A DNA stretch of 41,398 bases from Gammaproteobacteria bacterium (lineage in GTDB: Bacteria > Pseudomonadota > Gammaproteobacteria > Steroidobacterales > Steroidobacteraceae), in the NCBI GenBank assembly GCA_037443885.1, contig JBBINN010000001.1:1-41398 (forward strand), read 5' to 3'. Position 1 is the stretch's first letter. Every line of letters starts with the position of its first letter. This document shows, piece after piece, positions 10,933 to 19,936 of this stretch. The position numbers and the translations under genes are program-made. Below the pieces are notes generated by a model. That model ran no database searches. It was not told the DNA's origin and was given only the letters and a program-made list of their open reading frames with translations.

Positions 10933-11366
10933 GGCGCGAGTCCCTCCAGCCGGTGCGCGAGCTGCGCGAACGCCACGGCCCAGCCGGCCTGCAGGCGCCG
11001 ATGCCAGAGGTCCCAGTCCGGCGCACCGGGAACGCCGGACCCGAGCACGCGCAGCACACGCTTGCCCTTGCGCTCGTCGATCACGAAGTCCTCGACCAAG
11101 GCGGTGTCCCCGAGGGCTGGCCAGGAGGGCGCAGGATCATAGATCAGGCGCAGGCGCCGCATGGGATCGATAAGGTCGATGTGGGCCTCGCGGGCGCCGA
11201 GCAGGCGGCTTCGAACCGAGTAACGGCCGCCCACCCTCGCCTCGACGCGGGCCTGATCCGCATGCCAGGCGACGAGTTCTGCCGGGTCCGTGAGCGCGCG
11301 CCACAGGGCGCTCGCTGGCGCCGGCGTCTCCAGCACCTGCACATAGCCGCGGGTGGCGCTACGCAT
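10929..11366 (-). CDS. SRPBCC / AHSA1-family (START-like) protein
   Basis: The protein is 145 aa. LWRALTDPAELVAWHA...ARVGGRY and the C-terminal GWAVAFAQLAHRLEG are typical of PF08327-like proteins. Its stop overlaps the start of the downstream amidohydrolase-like gene (ATGA). Confidence 0.7.
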   Translation of the reverse strand: MRSATRGYVQVLETPAPASALWRALTDPAELVAWHADQARVEARVGGRYSVRSRLLGAREAHIDLIDPMRRLRLIYDPAPSWPALGDTALVEDFVIDERKGKRVLRVLGSGVPGAPDWDLWHRRLQAGWAVAFAQLAHRLEGLAP

Positions 11367-11378
11367 CGCAGGGCTGCC

Positions 11379-12475
11379 TCAGACGGCGCGCAGTGGCGGT
11401 GGGTCGCCCGGGCGCCGTCGGAGGGACTTGTCCTGATACATGCGCTTGTCGGCGGCCGCCATGACGTCGCTAACCTTCCGGCCGTCGCGAGGATAGCTGC
11501 CGACGCCCACGCTGATGGTCATGCGCTGCATGCGATCGCCGGCGAGGAACAGGCTCTGGAAGGTGGCGTTGCGGATACGCTGCGCCACGGCCTCCGCCAC
11601 CTCGGGCGAGGCATCGGGCAGGAAGACGACGAACTCATCGCCGCATAGCGCGAGGCCGTATCGGTCGTGCGTATCGCGCGCTGGATCGCGGCCGCGGCGT
11701 TCCTGAGCGCGGCGTTTCCCGCGTCGTGCCCGAAGCCATCGTTGATCGCCTTGAGCCGGTCGAGGTCGGCGACAAGCACCGACCACGCGCCGCGGCCGGC
11801 GGCGCTGCGCGACTGATGCTCGCGCGCGATCAGCTCGTCCATGCTGCGCAGGTTGACGAGGCCCGTGAGCGGATCGCGCTCCGCCAGGTCCTGGATGCGC
11901 CGGCGCGCGAGCAGGATCGATCCGGCCAGCCGGTGCGTGAGGTAGGTGACGAGGCCGAAGGGTCCCAGCTCGCCGAGCAGGTGCGCCACGATCATCTGCG
12001 GGCCGTGCCGTTCGCCGGGCGCCACGAGGTGCAGAAGCAGCACCGCGACGCCCACCAGCAGGAAGGCGAGCAGCGTGACACGCGCCCTCAGCGTGACCGC
12101 GGATAGCACCAGCGGCAGCAGGTAGAGATTGACCAGGGGGCTGTCGGCGCCGCCCGCCTGCGTTACCACGATGGTGAGGAACACGACGGTGACGAACACA
12201 TCGAGCGCAATGCGCCGCACGGGGGAACGCAGCGGGAACCGCTTCGAGCGAAATGCCACCAGGAAACCGGCGAAGCCTGCGATGGCGCCGCCAGTGAGCG
12301 CGAGGCTCGGCGCCGGCTCGCGGCTGACGAGCAGGTACAGGATTACGAGCAGCAGCACCAGCCAGTCGACGAGCGTCACGCTGCGCAGGAAGCTCTCGTG
12401 CTCGTCGCCGAAGCGCTCCTGCGCGCGCCTGCGGTCGCGGGCCGGTGGGGGTGGCTTCGCGATCGGGGTGTTCAT
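11379..12475 (-). pseudogene. Membrane-anchored diguanylate cyclase (GGDEF) interrupted by a 1-nt frameshift within the GGDEF codons
   Basis: ORF 11519..12475 carries the TM segments and the first half of the GGDEF domain (RDPLTGLVNLR...VADLDRLKAINDGFGHDAGNAAL...IRTTDTASRY). ORF 11379..11786 in another frame continues (C)GDEFVVFLPD...ISVGVGSYP...ADKRMYQDK. The minus strand reads cgc tat gc ggc gat gag ttc. One extra G would give RYGGDEF. Confidence 0.8.
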
Positions 12476-12483
12476 TGGCCTCG

Positions 12484-13734
12484 TCAGCGTGCGGCGCCGT
12501 GGCTGGCCAGCCTGATTGCAGCGGGAGTCTTCAGCCAGTCGAGGGCGATGCGCACGGCTTCGTCGCGCTCGGGTAGCGGCGCGTCGCCCGGCGGCACGCC
12601 AGCGACTGTCCGGCGGCCCGGGGCGGCACCCGCGCCCAGCTCGATGTCCGGCTGCAGTCCCTGCTCGTGGATGGAGGCACCGGATGGGGTGTGATAGCGG
12701 GAAGTCGTCAGCTTGATGGCCTTCCCGGCGGACAGCGGCAGCACGGTCTGCACGGAGCCTTTGCCGTAGGTTCGCCGGCCAACCAGCACGGCGCGGCCGT
12801 GGTCGCGCAGCGCGCCGGCGACGATCTCCGACGCCGAGGCCGAGCCGCCGTCCACCAGCACGGCGAGCCGCGCGCCGGGCGCAAGCTGACCCGGCGTCGC
12901 CTCCATCCGGAAGCGCGCCTCCCGGGTGCGGCCGTCGGCCGAAACGATGAGCCCGCGATCGAGGAACGCATCGGCCACGGCCACGCCCGCCTCCAGGACG
13001 CCGCCCGGGTTGCTACGCAGGTCCAGCACCAGGCCTTCGAGGTCCTCGCCGCCGCCGCTCTGTAGCGCGGCCACCGCGGCCTCGAGCTCGGTCGCTGTGT
13101 TCTCGCTGAAGTGGGAGACCCGGAGGTAGCCGTAGCCGGGCTCGATCAACTGCGCGCGCACGCTCACGACCTCGACGTGGGCCCGCTCGATCGAGAAGTC
13201 CAGCCGCTCGGCCGACTCCCCGCGCTCGACCGCGAGGCGCACGAAGGTGCCCGCTTCGCCGCGCATGCGGCCGATGGCGTCGGTAAGGCTGCGTGTGTCC
13301 ACCTTGCGGCCGTCGATTTCGACGACGATGTCCCCGCTTCGAAGGCCGGCGCGGGCCGCGGGCGAGCCCTCGATGGGCGCGACCACGACGATCCCGCCGG
13401 ACTCGTAGGACACCTCGATGCCGATGCCCGAGTAGTTGCCCTCCGTCGCGATTCGCAGGTCCTCGACTTCGCCCTCGTCGAGGAAGGCCGAGTGCGCATC
13501 GAGCCCCGAGACCATGCCGCGCACGGCGTGCTGCATCAGCTCGTGCTCGCCGACGGCGTCCACGTACTCCGACCGGATCCGCCCGATCACCTCGGCCAGC
13601 AGCCGGGCATCGTCCCAGGGAAGCGCCTTTACGGCCGGCTCGCGCTGGGCGAGCACCCCGCCGCTGATCGCCAGTGCGAAGCCGAGCGCCGCCCCGATGA
13701 CGAGCATCATGAAGGTGGGCTGCGGTCGTTTCAT
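12484..13734 (-). CDS. ctpA: S41 family C-terminal processing peptidase
   Basis: A PDZ domain is indicated by GIGIEV...VVAPIEGSPAARAGLRSGDIVVEIDG. The catalytic region reads DLRSNPGGVLEAGVAVADAFL...GSASASEIVAGALRDHGRAVLVGRRTYGKGSVQ. Confidence 0.9.
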   Translation of the reverse strand: MKRPQPTFMMLVIGAALGFALAISGGVLAQREPAVKALPWDDARLLAEVIGRIRSEYVDAVGEHELMQHAVRGMVSGLDAHSAFLDEGEVEDLRIATEGNYSGIGIEVSYESGGIVVVAPIEGSPAARAGLRSGDIVVEIDGRKVDTRSLTDAIGRMRGEAGTFVRLAVERGESAERLDFSIERAHVEVVSVRAQLIEPGYGYLRVSHFSENTATELEAAVAALQSGGGEDLEGLVLDLRSNPGGVLEAGVAVADAFLDRGLIVSADGRTREARFRMEATPGQLAPGARLAVLVDGGSASASEIVAGALRDHGRAVLVGRRTYGKGSVQTVLPLSAGKAIKLTTSRYHTPSGASIHEQGLQPDIELGAGAAPGRRTVAGVPPGDAPLPERDEAVRIALDWLKTPAAIRLASHGAAR

Positions 13735-13815
13735 GCGTCGGGCCCGGTGCGGGACGGGACTCTCATGGTACCTGTCCGGCGCCCGCGGGGAAGGGGGAGT
13801 CCCGGAGATCGCGCC

Positions 13816-16029
13816 TCAGGCGCTCTGCGCAGCCATGACCTCGTACAGCGCGAGGTCGGAAAGGACCTCGGCCAGCGGCTGCGGCCGGCCGATTGCGAAG
13901 CCCTGGCCGTAGTCCACGCCGAGCGCCGCCATGCGCATGCGCAGCTCGTCCGTCTCCACGAACTCGGCGACCGTTTCCATGCCCATGGTGTGGGCCAACT
14001 GGGCGATCGCCCGGACCATGGACTCGCTCCGCTGGTTGGATGCCGCGTCGCGCACGAAGCTGCCATCGATCTTGAGCACGGACACCGGCAGGGAGCGCAG
14101 GTAGGCGAGCGAGGACAGCCCCGTGCCGAAGTCATCCAGGGCGAAGCTCGCGCCCAGAAGCCGGATGCGCTGCATCAGGCGATCGGCGCGGGCGAGGTCC
14201 GACACGGCCGCAGTCTCGGTGAGCTCGAAGTTCAGGACCTCCGGCGGCACGCCACTCTGGCGGATGCTCTGCTCCAGGAAGTCGTGGAACTCGGGATCCA
14301 CGACGGACGGGCCGGAGACATTGATCGAGAACTTCGTCGACCGGCCGACCAGCGAGGAGCGGTGGGTCCTGAGCGCCGTGAGCGACCGGCTGACGACCCA
14401 GCGGTCGATCTGCGGCAGCATCTGGTAACGCTCGGCGGCCGACAGGAACTTCTCCGGCGGAACCACCTCGCCGGACTCGTCGAGCATCCTGAGCAGCAGC
14501 TCGAAACGCGTGTCGCCACGCCCGTCGGCCAGCGGCAGGATCGGCTGGGCGTACAGGACGAAGCGGTCGTGCTGGAGCGCCTCGTGCAGCCTCTGCACGA
14601 CCAGCACGTCGCTGTGGCGACGGATGATGCTGAGGTCCGCGTCCTGGAACACCTCGACGCGGCTGCGGCCGCGATCCTTGGCGGCCTTGCAGGCGATCTC
14701 GGCGCTGGCGATGCCGTGCGCGAGCGCATTCGCGCCCCCCGCGAGCTCCGCGAGGCCGATGCTGACGCTGACCTGGACGGTTCCGTCGCCGCGCGGGTAG
14801 GAGAGCTCGGCGCACTGGCGGCAGATCGACTCGGCGATCTGCGTGGCGAATTCGAGGCTGCAGTCGGGCAGGAACATCGCGAAACGGTCGCCGGCCACGC
14901 GCGACGCCAGCGCGCCCGCACGCGGCTTGCGTCGCAGAACCTCGGCGATCTTGCCGATGACCTCGTCGCCGACGTGCATGCCGAAGTTGTCGTTGACAAC
15001 GTGCAGACGGTCCACGTCGAGGTAGAGCACGCAATTCGCGCCGTCGCCGGCCGTGCCCGACAGCGCAGCGCGGACCTGCGCCTCGAACGCCGAGCGTGTC
15101 AGCAGCGAAGTGGCCGCGTCGAAGTTGTTCTGCAGGATGCTCGTGACCTTGCGCGACAGCAGCTCAGAGAGCCGCTCGACGCGCAGGTCGAAATCGGCCG
15201 ACTCGGGTCCGCGGAACAGCGCGAGGAAGCCCGTGACCCGGCCCGAGGCGTGGCGGACCGGAACGGAAAGGATCTTGTAGGCCGGCAATCCCGCCGCAGT
15301 GTTGACCTTGTTGACAATCAGGCTGCGCCGCTGCAGCGTGGCCCAGTTCATCAGGTGCCGGTGCGTGGCGGTGAGTATGGCCAGCTGCGCCTTGCCACTG
15401 GCGGGCGCCTTGCAGATCGCGACGTTGCGCTCCGGCACGACCAGCGCGCCGAGCACGCAACCGAGGTGGTCCACGCAGGTCTGGACGAGCACGCCGAGCT
15501 CGTCGGCCTGCTCAGGATTCTGCGGGTCGTCGGGCGCGATCTTGAGCAGCAGGTCGAGGTCCTCGTCGCGCGTCTGCAGGTCGCGGACCATCGCGCCCAG
15601 GCTGGTGCGCGCGACCAGTTCGCGCTGGAGGCACTCGAGGGCGGGATGCACGAGGTGATGCACGAACGAGTACGGCCGCTGTTCGCCATCGCGCGTCAGC
15701 AGAACGGCCACGGCGATCACCCCGCCTAGGTCGTTGCGGAGCCGGAAGGCGTAGGAGGGTGCCCCCTCGAAGTCGAGCGAGAACCCGTCGATCTGCGCCG
15801 TCGTGGCCGGAGGAACGCGGGCCAGTGCCTGCTCGACGACGGGCGCGGGATCGGGGCCGTCGTAGCCGTCGGAGACCCACAGCGGCGTGCCGCGCGCATC
15901 GTAGAACGCGATCCCGCTGGCCCGTGGCACGAGCATGCGCAGCAGCTGGCCATAGGGGTCCAGGCTCGGCCGGGCCGCGGACAGATGCAGGGGCAATACG
16001 GCGTTCATGGGCGAAGGACCGTGCGACAT
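13816..16029 (-). CDS. GAF-like sensor / degenerate GGDEF / EAL c-di-GMP phosphodiesterase
   Basis: The GGDEF-domain context is LYLDVDRLHVVNDNFGMHVGDEVI, but the motif reads AGDRF. The EAL domain has FELLLR, INVS, ELTE, DDFGTG, KIDGSF, AEFVE and YGQG, so it appears catalytically complete. Confidence 0.9.
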   Translation of the reverse strand: MSHGPSPMNAVLPLHLSAARPSLDPYGQLLRMLVPRASGIAFYDARGTPLWVSDGYDGPDPAPVVEQALARVPPATTAQIDGFSLDFEGAPSYAFRLRNDLGGVIAVAVLLTRDGEQRPYSFVHHLVHPALECLQRELVARTSLGAMVRDLQTRDEDLDLLLKIAPDDPQNPEQADELGVLVQTCVDHLGCVLGALVVPERNVAICKAPASGKAQLAILTATHRHLMNWATLQRRSLIVNKVNTAAGLPAYKILSVPVRHASGRVTGFLALFRGPESADFDLRVERLSELLSRKVTSILQNNFDAATSLLTRSAFEAQVRAALSGTAGDGANCVLYLDVDRLHVVNDNFGMHVGDEVIGKIAEVLRRKPRAGALASRVAGDRFAMFLPDCSLEFATQIAESICRQCAELSYPRGDGTVQVSVSIGLAELAGGANALAHGIASAEIACKAAKDRGRSRVEVFQDADLSIIRRHSDVLVVQRLHEALQHDRFVLYAQPILPLADGRGDTRFELLLRMLDESGEVVPPEKFLSAAERYQMLPQIDRWVVSRSLTALRTHRSSLVGRSTKFSINVSGPSVVDPEFHDFLEQSIRQSGVPPEVLNFELTETAAVSDLARADRLMQRIRLLGASFALDDFGTGLSSLAYLRSLPVSVLKIDGSFVRDAASNQRSESMVRAIAQLAHTMGMETVAEFVETDELRMRMAALGVDYGQGFAIGRPQPLAEVLSDLALYEVMAAQSA

Positions 16030-16119
16030 CCATGTCCGGCAAGGGGCCGGACTCCCCGCGAAGCCTGCGGGATCGCCCCCGCCGGCGTCTTTGACGTAAT
16101 CCTCAGAATCGCGGCCGCG

Positions 16120-17259
16120 TCAAGGGCCCGGCCGCCGGAACCAGCGGTGCGGATCCTGGGCAACGGTTCCCTTGCGGACCTCGATGTACAGCTCCGGCCG
16201 CGCCTGGCCGCCGCTGTCGCCGACCGAGGCGATGACATCCCCCGCCGCGACGGGCTCCCCCACCGACTTGTACAGCTGCTCGTTGTGGCCATAGAGCGTC
16301 ATGTAGCCTCCGCCGTGGTCGATCACGAGCAGCAGCCCGAGCCCCGGCAGCCAGTCTGCATAGGCCACGCGCCCAGCATAGGGCGCGCGGACGTCGGCGC
16401 CCCGTTCCGCGGCGATGAGCACGCCGTTCCACTTCAGGCCCCCGCCGCGCGACTGGCCGAAGCGGGCAACCACGCGCCCCGGCACCGGCCAGGGCAGGCG
16501 GCCCTGCACCCGCTCGAACGGCAGGCCGGCCGGGGCGGCCGGCGCCTGCTGCAGGGCCCGGCGCAGCTCGGCGACCAGCTTCTCCAGCGTCGCCGCGTCC
16601 CGGCGCGCCTTGTCCAGCGCCGCCGACCGGGTGCGCAACTGGGCGTTGACCGCCGCCACCGCCTGCTCCCGTTCGCGCCGCGCCGCCTGCACCGCCGCCA
16701 CCTCCCGCTCCCGCTCCCTTTCCAGCTCCGCAAGCCGGGCGCGCTCGGCCTCCTGTTCCTTCGTCAGCGCCTCGATTCGCGCGACGGCCGCCTCGATCTC
16801 GCCGATCTGCTCGGCCCGGGCCCGACCCAGATAGGCGTAGTACACGAGCATGCGGCCGAGCGACGCAGGATCCTTCTCCGACAGCAGCAGCCGCAGCTGC
16901 TCCTCCTGTCCCGCGGCATAGGCGGCCCGCAGCTGGGCCGCGAGCGCCTCCCGCTCCTGCTCGAGGCGCCGCTCGTTGGCCTGCCGCTCGGCGGCAAGCT
17001 CGCGCAGGCGCGCATCGCTCGCGCGCACCCTGCGGCGGGCCTCGTCGAGACGGGCTCGGGCAGCCGCAACCTGCTCCTCGGACTCTCGCAGGCGCACCGA
17101 CAGCTGGTCCCGCCGCTGCGTGTCGGCGCGGATTTCACGCTGCAGTTCCCCAATGCGCTGCTTGACCCGGGCCAGGTCGGCCTCCGGATCCTTCGCGGCC
17201 AGTGCGGGCGGGGACGCCAGCCAGGCCAGGCTCAGCAGGAGGGTCAGGCCTCGACGCAT
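16120..17259 (-). CDS. envC: Murein hydrolase activator EnvC-like (coiled coil plus M23/LytM domain)
   Basis: The signal peptide is MRRGLTLLLSLAWLASPPALA. A long Q/R/E/A-rich coiled coil follows. The C-terminal LytM region reads GVLIAAERGADVRAPYAGRVAYADWLPGLGLLLVIDHGGGYMTLYGHN. The gene lies near ctp and opposite the yibN-grxC-secB operon. Confidence 0.85.
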   Translation of the reverse strand: MRRGLTLLLSLAWLASPPALAAKDPEADLARVKQRIGELQREIRADTQRRDQLSVRLRESEEQVAAARARLDEARRRVRASDARLRELAAERQANERRLEQEREALAAQLRAAYAAGQEEQLRLLLSEKDPASLGRMLVYYAYLGRARAEQIGEIEAAVARIEALTKEQEAERARLAELEREREREVAAVQAARREREQAVAAVNAQLRTRSAALDKARRDAATLEKLVAELRRALQQAPAAPAGLPFERVQGRLPWPVPGRVVARFGQSRGGGLKWNGVLIAAERGADVRAPYAGRVAYADWLPGLGLLLVIDHGGGYMTLYGHNEQLYKSVGEPVAAGDVIASVGDSGGQARPELYIEVRKGTVAQDPHRWFRRPGP

Positions 17260-17450
17260 GGGCCGGCAGGATTGCCAAGGGGGCGCCCATGGTACCGAAG
17301 CCGCTGCGGCGCGGCAGGCTAAGCCGTTGTTTTGGCGATATCCCACGGGATTCTCGGGGGTGAGCGCCGGCTTCAGGCCGGGCCAGCCCGCCTGCTATAC
17401 TGCGCGGCTGATTTTCGCTTCCCGGACCCGGTCAGGCAGGCTCCCGGACC

Positions 17451-17873
17451 ATGGACCCGCTGCTGCAGCATTTCGCCGCCCATCCCTTCCTCGCCAGCGC
17501 CGCCGGCGTGCTGCTGCTCGCCGTGGTCGCCTACGAGCTGCGCCAGCGGGCCCACTCGGCGGCCTCCGTGTCGCCGACCGAGGCCGTGCGGATGATGAAC
17601 GACGGCGCCGTGCTGGTCGACGTCCGGTCGGTCAACCAGTTCAAGGACGGCCACATCGCCGGCGCGCGCAACGTGCCGGGCGACCAGGTCGCGGACGGCG
17701 CCAAGTCGCTGGAGAAGTTCCGCGACAAGACGATCATCACCTGCTGCGAGAGCGGCATCACCTCCGGCTCGGCGGCGCGCAAGCTCACCGAACTCGGTTA
17801 CAAGCAGGTTTTCAACCTCCGTGGCGGCCTCGCGGCCTGGCGCCAGGACAATCTGCCGGTGACCAGGGACTGA
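17451..17873 (+). CDS. Membrane-anchored rhodanese-domain protein (YibN-like)
   Basis: There is an N-terminal TM segment, then LVDVRSVNQFKDGHIAGARNVP...CCESGITSGSAARKLTELGYKQVFNLRGGLAAW. The gene sits first in the yibN-grxC-secB-gpsA arrangement. Confidence 0.85.
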   Translation: MDPLLQHFAAHPFLASAAGVLLLAVVAYELRQRAHSAASVSPTEAVRMMNDGAVLVDVRSVNQFKDGHIAGARNVPGDQVADGAKSLEKFRDKTIITCCESGITSGSAARKLTELGYKQVFNLRGGLAAWRQDNLPVTRD

Positions 17874-17875
17874 CC

Positions 17876-18187
17876 ATGGCCGCCACGATCACCATCTACA
17901 CCACGCCCTGGTGCGGCTACTGTGCCCGCGCCAAGGCCCTGCTCGCGCGCAAGGGCGTCGCCTTCACGGAGATCGACGTCGAAGCCCGGCGCGAGCTGCG
18001 CGAGGAAATGATCGCGCGCAGCGGGCGGCGCACCGTGCCGCAGGTTTTCATCGGCGACCGCCACATCGGCGGCTCCGACGACCTCGCGGCACTCGAGGCC
18101 GCGGGCGAGCTCGACCGCCTGCTCGCGCAGGCCGGCGGCACGCCGCCGATCCATTCAACGACCGACACGACCGAAACGAGGACCTGA
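17876..18187 (+). CDS. grxC: Glutaredoxin 3
   Basis: An ATG at 17876 is in frame with ORF 16976..18187. ITIYTTPWCGYCARAKALLARKGVAFTEIDV...RRTVPQVFIGDRHIGGSDDL contains the CGYC active site and the TVPQ.FI..HIGG motif. Confidence 0.9.
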   Translation: MAATITIYTTPWCGYCARAKALLARKGVAFTEIDVEARRELREEMIARSGRRTVPQVFIGDRHIGGSDDLAALEAAGELDRLLAQAGGTPPIHSTTDTTETRT

Positions 18188-18188
18188 C

Positions 18189-18701
18189 ATGGCTGACGAG
18201 ACCCCCCAGGCCGCCCCCGCCGCCGGCGGCAACGGCGCGCAGCAGGAAGTGACGCTGCAGAGCGTCTACATCAAGGACCTGTCGTTCGAGGCGCCCAATG
18301 GGCCCTTCGTGCCGGCGCAGAACCAGGATCCGAAGATGTCCATCAACCTCAACACGTCCTCGAACGTGCTCGCGCAGGACGTGCACGAGGTCGTGCTGAC
18401 CATCACCCTCGAGGCGAAGAACGGCGAGTTGCCGGTTTACGTCGCGGAGGTGAAGCAGGGCGGTGTGTTCGTCATACGCGGCTTCGGCGCCGATGACGTG
18501 CGCCGCATCCTCGGCGCGTTCGCGCCCAACGTGCTCTTCCCGTACGTGCGCCAGACCGTGTCCGACCTGGTGACCAAGGGCGGCTTCCCTCCGTTCTTCC
18601 TGCCGCCGGTCAACTTCGACGCGCTCTACGAGCGCTCGCGGCAGGAGCAGGCGGCCCGCCAGCAGGCCGCGGCCGCCGCCCCGTCCACCCCGGTCAACTG
18701 A
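18189..18701 (+). CDS. secB: Protein-export chaperone SecB
   Basis: LQSVYIKDLSFEAPNGP...FVIRGF......ILGAFAPNVLFPYVRQTVSDLVTKGGFPPFFLPPVNFDALY is a SecB signature. Confidence 0.95.
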   Translation: MADETPQAAPAAGGNGAQQEVTLQSVYIKDLSFEAPNGPFVPAQNQDPKMSINLNTSSNVLAQDVHEVVLTITLEAKNGELPVYVAEVKQGGVFVIRGFGADDVRRILGAFAPNVLFPYVRQTVSDLVTKGGFPPFFLPPVNFDALYERSRQEQAARQQAAAAAPSTPVN

Positions 18702-18721
18702 CCGGGCCCGGCGCGCCGGGC

Positions 18722-19711
18722 ATGGCGATCTGCGTCATCGGGGCCGGCTCCTGGGGCACGGCGCTCGCGATCCAGTTCGCGCGCGCCGGCCGTCCCACGG
18801 TATTGTGGGGGCGCGCCGAGGACGAGCCCGAGCGGCTCGCCCGCGAGCGCGTCAACGCGCGCTACCTGCCCGGCGCCGAGTTTCCACCCGCGCTCACCGT
18901 CGAGCCGGATCTCGCCAGGGCTGTCGCGAGCACGGAGGACGTGCTCGTCGTCGTGCCTTCGAGCGCGCTGCGCGCTGTGCTCACCGACCTCAAGCCGCGC
19001 CTGCGTCCGGGCGCGCGCGTGGCGTGGGCCACCAAGGGCTTCGAGCTCTCCACCGGCAATCTGCCGCACCAGGTCGCGCGAGAGGTGCTCGGCCAGGAAG
19101 TGCCTGTCGCGGTGCTGTCCGGGCCGACCTTCGCGAAGGAGGTCGGCATCGGCCTGCCCACCGCGATCGCCTGCGCCTCGCCCGACGAGAACTTCGCGCT
19201 CGAGCTCGCCCGCAGCATTTCGACCCAGCACCTGCGCGCCTACACCCAGCCGGACATCATCGGCGTGGAGGTCGGCGGCGCCGTGAAGAACGTCATCGCC
19301 ATCGCGACCGGCGCCGCGGACGGCATGGGCTTCGGCGCCAACGCGCGCGTGTTCCTGATCACGCGCGGCCTCGCCGAGATGGTTCGGCTCGGCACCGCGC
19401 TCGGCGCCCGGCGCGAGACCTTCATGGGCCTCACCGGTCTCGGCGACCTCGTGCTCACCTGCACCGACGACCAGTCACGCAACCGGCGCTTCGGGCTGGC
19501 GGTCGCGAAGGGCAAGGGCATGGACGAGGCCATCCGCGACATCGGCCAGGTGGTCGAGGGCTACCACGCCGCCCGCGCCGTGCGCGAGGTCGCCACGCGC
19601 CACGGCGTGGACATGCCCATCTGCGAGCATGTCTACCGCGTGATCTACGAGGGCCTCGACATCACCCGCGTGGTCGAGACTCTCATGAGCCGGGCGGTGT
19701 CGAAGGAGTGA
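18722..19711 (+). CDS. gpsA: NAD(P)H-dependent glycerol-3-phosphate dehydrogenase
   Basis: VIGAGSWGTALAIQFARAG is the Rossmann motif. LSGPTFAKEV, GVEVGGAVKNVIAIATG, GLGDLVLTCT.DQSRNRRFG and VVEGYHAA are also present. Confidence 0.95.
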   Translation: MAICVIGAGSWGTALAIQFARAGRPTVLWGRAEDEPERLARERVNARYLPGAEFPPALTVEPDLARAVASTEDVLVVVPSSALRAVLTDLKPRLRPGARVAWATKGFELSTGNLPHQVAREVLGQEVPVAVLSGPTFAKEVGIGLPTAIACASPDENFALELARSISTQHLRAYTQPDIIGVEVGGAVKNVIAIATGAADGMGFGANARVFLITRGLAEMVRLGTALGARRETFMGLTGLGDLVLTCTDDQSRNRRFGLAVAKGKGMDEAIRDIGQVVEGYHAARAVREVATRHGVDMPICEHVYRVIYEGLDITRVVETLMSRAVSKE

Positions 19712-19936
19712 CGGGCCCCGCCGCCATTCGGATGCAGTTTCCATCAAGCCGGGCGATCTCGACATCCAACGACTCAGCGCATCTGTCGTAGCTGCGCAGA
19801 TGGCTGACACGGCAACCACGGAACATGACCGTGGCCGCCGCGGTCTGTTCGAACCACCCGCTTCGACACACTGAGACTGCGCGCCGGCCAGTGGAGCCGC
19901 GACATCCGGCATGGGCCAGAGCGTCTGTGCAGTGCG

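Noticed and set aside
9139-11142. A 667-aa ORF on the + strand
   Set aside because: It is antisense to the PF04020, amidohydrolase-like and SRPBCC genes. Its composition is Arg/Gly/Pro-rich with no recognisable domain.
13111-15729. An 872-aa ORF on the + strand
   Set aside because: It lies entirely antisense to the well-supported ctp and GGDEF-EAL genes. Its product is Arg/Ala/Gly/Asp-rich low-complexity sequence with no motifs. This is the typical stop-codon-poor shadow frame of a high-GC genome.
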